From: Parcubacteria group bacterium | GTDB taxonomy: Bacteria > Patescibacteriota > Minisyncoccia > 2-02-FULL-40-12 | NCBI GenBank assembly: GCA_016186395.1 | Contig: JACPLU010000003.1 | Span: 11,883-75,882 of the forward strand | DNA: 64,000 nt | Reading direction: 5' to 3' | Shown: positions 59,019 to 64,000 of the stretch, in pieces | Numbering within the stretch: the stretch's first letter is position 1 | Layout of the letters: each line of letters begins with the position of its first letter | Notes under the pieces: generated by a model | Seen by the model: only the letters and a program-made list of their open reading frames with translations | Database searches by the model: none | Told to the model about the DNA's origin: nothing | Program-made: the position numbers and the translations under genes

Positions 59019-60398
59019 ATGTATTCTCTATTAAAAAACTTTCTGGTTAGAAACTTAGTTTTCTTTTTAAATTTAGAGAAATTTCTGTTTTATTTACTTG
59101 TTTTTGCTATTCCATTTCAAACTCGTACCATAATTCGTTCATGGGGAGTCGGATTCAATGAATGGAATTCCTCATTTCTTTATGCTACCGATCTTATTTT
59201 TCTAGCCGTAATATTAATTTGGCTTTTAAGGCTGGTTTTTAAGTTGAACGCTTTGCGTGTAGGTTTTTCCTTTGCCGATTTTAGTTTTTTAGGTCTTATA
59301 GTTATTTCAGCGTTTTCGATTCTTAACGCCTCTAATTACCAGTTAAGTTTTTATAAATTAGTTAAACTTTTTGAGATGTTTTTACTTTATTATTACGTTA
59401 AGAATAACTACGGTCATCTTTTGAGCTTGAAGACTTCTATGTTTGTATTTGTTAGTTCGGGAATAATGCAATCTGTAATTGGTATAATTCAGTTGATTTC
59501 TAAAAAAAGCTTAGGTCTAAAAATTTTTGGGGAAAGTCCGTTGAATTTAGGAATTCCGGGGGTCGCAAAATTTTATTTGGCAAACGGCGAAGATGTTTTG
59601 AGAGCTTACGGAACAATGCCTCATCCAAACGTTTTGGCTGCCTTTTTGTTTTTAGCTCTTTTCTGTTGTTATTTTTTATATTTTGATTCAACTGGAAATT
59701 TAAAATTTTTATTTCTTTTTGCTCAAGTCCCAATTCTTACGGGACTTGTAATGACTTTCGGTCGTTTAATTATCATTTTGTGGGTGGCTGGCCTTTTGGT
59801 CAGACTTTTCATTCGTCTTTTCAAGGAAAAGGTTAAATATCACTTTCGCCGTTCATACACAATCCGTATTTGGTATATGACTACAATTACGATTACCGTA
59901 GTCTCGTTCTTGCTTATTTTTCTTTGGCCGACTTTTGTGGGGAGATTTCATATAGGAGTAGGTGATGAAGCTATAATATTGCGGTCTTTTTATCTTAATA
60001 TTGCCTTCGCATTAGATAAACCGTTTTTGGGTGTAGGTATTGGAAACTTTGTTCCATGGTTGATGCAAACCGTACCAGATTTGGCATATAATCTTTATCA
60101 ACCGGTTCATAATATATTTGGCCTTTTATGGGCTGAGACTGGGTTTTTAGGTTTGTTTTTCTTTTCTTTATTTTTAGTGTTTCTGTCTAAAGATTATATT
60201 AAGTCACAAAATTTTGATGAAATATTTCATTACTCATTTTTTATAGTTTTTGTGTCATTTTTGATAATTGGATTTTTTGATCATTTTCTTTTAACTCTAC
60301 AGCCGGGTTATTTGATGTTTGCCTTAGTTTTGGGTTTGATCGGTGGGATGTCAAAATTGGGATCAGTGGGTGCCATATCCAAACACTATGATGTTTAA
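59019..60398 (+). CDS. O-antigen ligase family protein
   Basis: RAYGT.PHPN.LA, GVGIGNF, PVHN..L...ETG..G, FDH. Confidence 0.88.
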   Translation: MYSLLKNFLVRNLVFFLNLEKFLFYLLVFAIPFQTRTIIRSWGVGFNEWNSSFLYATDLIFLAVILIWLLRLVFKLNALRVGFSFADFSFLGLIVISAFSILNASNYQLSFYKLVKLFEMFLLYYYVKNNYGHLLSLKTSMFVFVSSGIMQSVIGIIQLISKKSLGLKIFGESPLNLGIPGVAKFYLANGEDVLRAYGTMPHPNVLAAFLFLALFCCYFLYFDSTGNLKFLFLFAQVPILTGLVMTFGRLIIILWVAGLLVRLFIRLFKEKVKYHFRRSYTIRIWYMTTITITVVSFLLIFLWPTFVGRFHIGVGDEAIILRSFYLNIAFALDKPFLGVGIGNFVPWLMQTVPDLAYNLYQPVHNIFGLLWAETGFLGLFFFSLFLVFLSKDYIKSQNFDEIFHYSFFIVFVSFLIIGFFDHFLLTLQPGYLMFALVLGLIGGMSKLGSVGAISKHYDV

Positions 60399-60401
60399 AC
60401 T

Positions 60402-60962
60402 ATGATTCCTCAAAAAATATTTTTTACTAAGGGAGTTGGTGTACACAAAGATCAGTTAGCTTCTTTTGAGCTTGCGCTTCGTGATGCCGGAGTTGCGCAT
60501 TGTAATCTAGTTTTGGTAAGTAGCATTTTTCCGCCTGGCTGTAAGCGGGTCACAAAAGAGGAAGGGGTAAAATTATTATCTCCTGGAGAAATTGTATTTG
60601 TCGTGTATGATCGTAATGCCACAAATGAGCCAAATCGTTTAATCGCCGCGTCTGTTGGAGTTGCTATTCCGGCAGATGCAACTCAACATGGTTATCTTTC
60701 CGAACATCATTCATTTGGTGAAAGTGATGAAAAAGCAGGGGATTATGCAGAAGATCTCGCCGCATCAATGCTTGCTACAACTTTGGGAATTGAGTTTGAC
60801 CCAAATCAAGCTTGGGATGAACGCGAACAGATATATAAAATGAGTGGGAAGATTGTTCGATCTAGCCATATTACTCAATCGGCAATTGGAAATAAGGACG
60901 GTCTTTGGACAACGGTTTTCGCCGCCGCAGTTTTTATCCCCACACCAGACAAAGATATATGA
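60402..60962 (+). CDS. Pyruvoyl-dependent arginine decarboxylase
   Basis: [10 protein letters not shown]...NLV.VSSI.PP, GYLSEH, WTT..AAAV. Confidence 0.92.
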   Translation: MIPQKIFFTKGVGVHKDQLASFELALRDAGVAHCNLVLVSSIFPPGCKRVTKEEGVKLLSPGEIVFVVYDRNATNEPNRLIAASVGVAIPADATQHGYLSEHHSFGESDEKAGDYAEDLAASMLATTLGIEFDPNQAWDEREQIYKMSGKIVRSSHITQSAIGNKDGLWTTVFAAAVFIPTPDKDI

Positions 60963-61078
60963 TTCATTATTTCTCATGCTCCCTGGAGTACCATGGGTGC
61001 TTGCCTTGCGTAGCCTCGGCGAAGCAAGGTAAATCCGTGGACTTCTACTTTTGATTCTATTTTGTTACGATACTCGGT

Positions 61079-62455
61079 ATGAGATCTATTTGGATTAAGG
61101 ATATAAGCAACAAGGTTGATGAGGAAATTGAACTTTTTGGTTGGGTGCACGGACGGCGCGATCATGGGAAGATTATTTTTATAGACCTTCGAGACCGAAC
61201 CGGCTTATTGCAGGTAGTTTTTACGCCTCAAATAAAAGATGCTCAAGAGTTGCGACTTGAATATGTTATTAAAGTTTCCGGACTTGTTAAAAAACGGCCA
61301 GACAATATGGTAAATGATAAGTTGGCGGGCGGGTATTTAGAAGTCGAAGCTAAGAGTTTGGAAATTTTGAGTCGTGCTGATGCTTTACCAATTCCGGTTG
61401 ACTCAAATGGTTACGAAGTAGATGAGGAAGTTAGGATGAAATATCGCTATTTGGATTTGAGAAGAGAGCGAATGAAAAATAATTTGCTCTTGCGCCATAA
61501 GGTTACAAATTTAGTCAGGCAATATCTGAACGAGCGTAATTTTGTGGAAATAGAGACACCAATGTTAACAAAAACATCGCCTGAAGGTGCGCGAGACTTT
61601 TTAGTGCCCTCGCGCTTACAGCCAGGAAAATTTTATGCTTTACCTCAAGCACCTCAACAATACAAACAGTTATTAATGATTGGTGGCTTAGAGCGTTACT
61701 ACCAATTAGCACGGGCTATGCGTGATGAAGATCTGCGAAAGGATAGGCAGTTTGAGCATACGCAAATAGATCTTGAAATGTCATTTGTTGAACAAAGAGA
61801 TGTTCTAGATTTGGTTGAGGGATTGATGATCCATGTTGCAGAAGCTTGCGGTAAAAAAATTCAAGATAAATCCTTTCCAGTTTTTACTCATGAAGAAGCA
61901 ATAAAAAGATTTGGAGCTGATAAATTTGATTTGCGAGAAGATAAAAACGACACAAATACTCTTGCGTTTGCTTGGGTAACCGATTTTCCCCTTTTTGAAT
62001 TTGATGAAAAGACCAAACACTACACCTTTGCGCATAACCCATTTTCGTCTCCTAAGCCAGAACATGTTGAGAAACTTTTAAAAGGGAAGGATTTGAGTAG
62101 CCTTCGGGCATTGCAGTATGATCTTGTTTGTAATGGTTACGAATTAGCATCTGGTGGGGTTCGAATATCAAGTCCAAAAGTGCAAAGAAAGATTTTTGAG
62201 ATCATTGGTCTTAGTGAAGATCAAATCGAATCTCGTTTTGGTCATCTGATTAAAGCATATGAATATGGGGCACCGCCGCATGCCGGCATAGCGCCGGGTC
62301 TGGACCGTTTGGTCATGCTTTTAGCCGGCGAGTCTGATATTAGAGAGGTAATTGCATTTCCTGTTTCTTCTTCAGGAAGGACTGCCGTAATGGATGCACC
62401 GAGTGAGGTCGAAAAAGAACAGCTTGACGAACTCGGTCTTAAGTTAAAAGATTAG
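61079..62455 (+). CDS. aspS: Aspartate-tRNA ligase, short form without most of the insertion (GAD) domain
   Basis: RRDHG.IIFIDLRD, RYLDLR, PEGARDFLVPSR, LPQAPQQYKQLLM, GAPPHAGIAPGLDR. Confidence 0.95.
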   Translation: MRSIWIKDISNKVDEEIELFGWVHGRRDHGKIIFIDLRDRTGLLQVVFTPQIKDAQELRLEYVIKVSGLVKKRPDNMVNDKLAGGYLEVEAKSLEILSRADALPIPVDSNGYEVDEEVRMKYRYLDLRRERMKNNLLLRHKVTNLVRQYLNERNFVEIETPMLTKTSPEGARDFLVPSRLQPGKFYALPQAPQQYKQLLMIGGLERYYQLARAMRDEDLRKDRQFEHTQIDLEMSFVEQRDVLDLVEGLMIHVAEACGKKIQDKSFPVFTHEEAIKRFGADKFDLREDKNDTNTLAFAWVTDFPLFEFDEKTKHYTFAHNPFSSPKPEHVEKLLKGKDLSSLRALQYDLVCNGYELASGGVRISSPKVQRKIFEIIGLSEDQIESRFGHLIKAYEYGAPPHAGIAPGLDRLVMLLAGESDIREVIAFPVSSSGRTAVMDAPSEVEKEQLDELGLKLKD

Positions 62456-62474
62456 GTGATCAATTTTATAATTC

Positions 62475-62790
62475 CTGTCAGAAAACCCCGAGCGTCAGCT
62501 CGGGGATGAATGACAGCCCCGAAGCGAGCGCAAGCGAGCGTAGGGAAATTATATAAGTCAGGATTGATTTTGAAAAGCATCAATATCTTTTCAAAATCAA
62601 TCCCGTACTCTCTGGAGTACCACGGGCGTAAGCCCGTAGACTTCTATAAACCCTCGCAAGAAGACTATGGTCTAACGTCTAAGGACTAAAGCCGAAAAGT
62701 ACTGGCGCTAGTTGTTAGTCCTTAGACGTTAAGCTACACATGAATCCCGTTAGAGATACCCAAAATTCAGTCAATAAATCTAACGGGGGT
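62475..62790. repeat. Cluster of palindromic elements, some resembling IS200/IS605 end hairpins
   Basis: CCCCGAGC/GCTCGGGG, GGATTGATTTTGAAAAG/CTTTTCAAAATCAATCC, CTGGAGTACCACGGGC..GCCCGTAGACTTCTA, heptamer hairpin, CCCGTTAGA/TCTAACGGG. Confidence 0.7.
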
Positions 62791-62826
62791 TATAAAATAC
62801 TGTATGAATAAACACATAAAATTAAC

Positions 62827-63843
62827 TTGGCTCGATCATCTAAAGATGATCTGTCTCTTAACGGGATGAATACGCGGCCTAAAACTGTTTCAATTTTAGC
62901 TTTAATTATATTAGGTATGGGAGGCTTTTTTTTATTTGAGAAAAAGTTTAACTTTATAGAAACAAATAAGAAAAAGCCGGATATCGATCAGACCAATTTA
63001 ACTATCAAGGCTGAAAGTCTTACCCCAGTGCCACCGTACCTTTTGCCGGTGACCGAATCCAACTATCTACCATTGAGAGATTGGAATATTCCAGACCTTG
63101 ATCTTGAAGCTAAAGCTGCAGTTGCTTACGATATTAAGTCCGGGAAATATCTTTTTGTCAGAGGACTTGAAGAAAAATTGCCGATTGCTTCATTAACTAA
63201 GTTAATGACCGCCGTCGTTATTTGGGAAAATCTTAAATTAGATATGGTCGTTAAAGTAACGAAAGAAAGTTTAAACAAAACACATTCCTTGGAAGGAAAT
63301 AGTGATTTAAGCGTAGGGGAAAGTTTGTCTGTTTTAGATTTGCTTCGTTTAATGTTGATTAAATCAAGTAATGACGCGGCATATGTTTTAGAGCATGAGT
63401 CAAGGGGTGAGGAAATAGATGTTTTGGACAAAATGAATAAACTTGCTACCAGTTTAGGTATGAATAATACTAACTTTTTAGACGTAGCTGGTTTAAATGA
63501 TAACGGTTTTTCAAGTGTTGGGGATCTTGTGTTATTAATAAAATACTCTTTGAATTACGAAGGCATTTATGAAATTTTAAGAACTGAAAACGATATCATT
63601 CCTTCTTTAGACGGCAGGATTTCTCATCAAATATCCAATACTAATAAATTATTAAGTTTTCTAAAAAATGTTATTGGCGGAAAAACCGGCTATACAGATG
63701 TTGCTTTGGGTAATATGTTGCTTGTGGTTAAGGCTCCGGATGGCAACGACGATATTATTACTATTATTCTTGGTTCAAAAGATCGTTTTACAGAAATGAG
63801 GAAATTGGTAGAATGGTCTCAGAAGGCGTATAGGTGGGAATAA
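62827..63843 (+). CDS. D-alanyl-D-alanine carboxypeptidase (peptidase S11)
   Basis: IASLTKLMTA (SxxK), SSNDAA (SxN), GGKTGYT (KTG); N-terminal TM; start may be slightly downstream. Confidence 0.93.
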   Translation: MARSSKDDLSLNGMNTRPKTVSILALIILGMGGFFLFEKKFNFIETNKKKPDIDQTNLTIKAESLTPVPPYLLPVTESNYLPLRDWNIPDLDLEAKAAVAYDIKSGKYLFVRGLEEKLPIASLTKLMTAVVIWENLKLDMVVKVTKESLNKTHSLEGNSDLSVGESLSVLDLLRLMLIKSSNDAAYVLEHESRGEEIDVLDKMNKLATSLGMNNTNFLDVAGLNDNGFSSVGDLVLLIKYSLNYEGIYEILRTENDIIPSLDGRISHQISNTNKLLSFLKNVIGGKTGYTDVALGNMLLVVKAPDGNDDIITIILGSKDRFTEMRKLVEWSQKAYRWE

Positions 63844-64000
63844 AATTCAAAAGTTAGAAATCAAAAATCAAAATTATAATTTAAAATTTAGAATTTTAAA
63901 TTAAACTTCTGACTTTTGCCTTTTGAGTTCTGATTTTATTGCATGTTGGATCAAACTTTTACTATTTTTAACGTTGTAAGAATTTTTACAGTTGCGACCC

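Overview
AT-rich bacterial chromosome segment whose gene set and style (short RpoB, short AspRS and UvrC, DUF1059, archease, rRNA full of insertions) point to a Patescibacteria/CPR (Parcubacteria-like) genome; the taxonomy is inferred, not shown. Bases 1-5.85 kb are the 3' ~80% of a 23S rRNA gene plus 5S. The 23S is interrupted by four group I introns (two with LAGLIDADG genes, one in the sarcin-ricin loop, one holding a tRNA-like element) and five stem-closed insertions (a GIY-YIG gene, two small orphan ORFs of which one is antisense with its own promoter, SD and terminator, and two copies of one 110-bp element). Housekeeping genes follow: rodA, rpoB, rpoC, ftsK, recA, rpsF-ssb-rpsR, glmS, ychF, a phosphomannomutase, trpS, rnj, tRNA-Leu, secG, uvrC, uvrB, ruvA, murE, lon, aspS and others. 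Between ftsK and recA lies a complete diversity-generating retroelement: RT, an inverted avd, a template repeat and a GC-rich target gene whose variable repeat differs from the TR at 15 of 127 positions, all TR adenines. Intergenic DNA carries several palindromic repeat families (heptamer hairpins, ~240-nt rods, a covarying multi-stem motif, REP-like units), some inserted in frame inside core proteins. All alignments and counts were done by eye; E. coli-equivalent rRNA positions are from recalled sequence.
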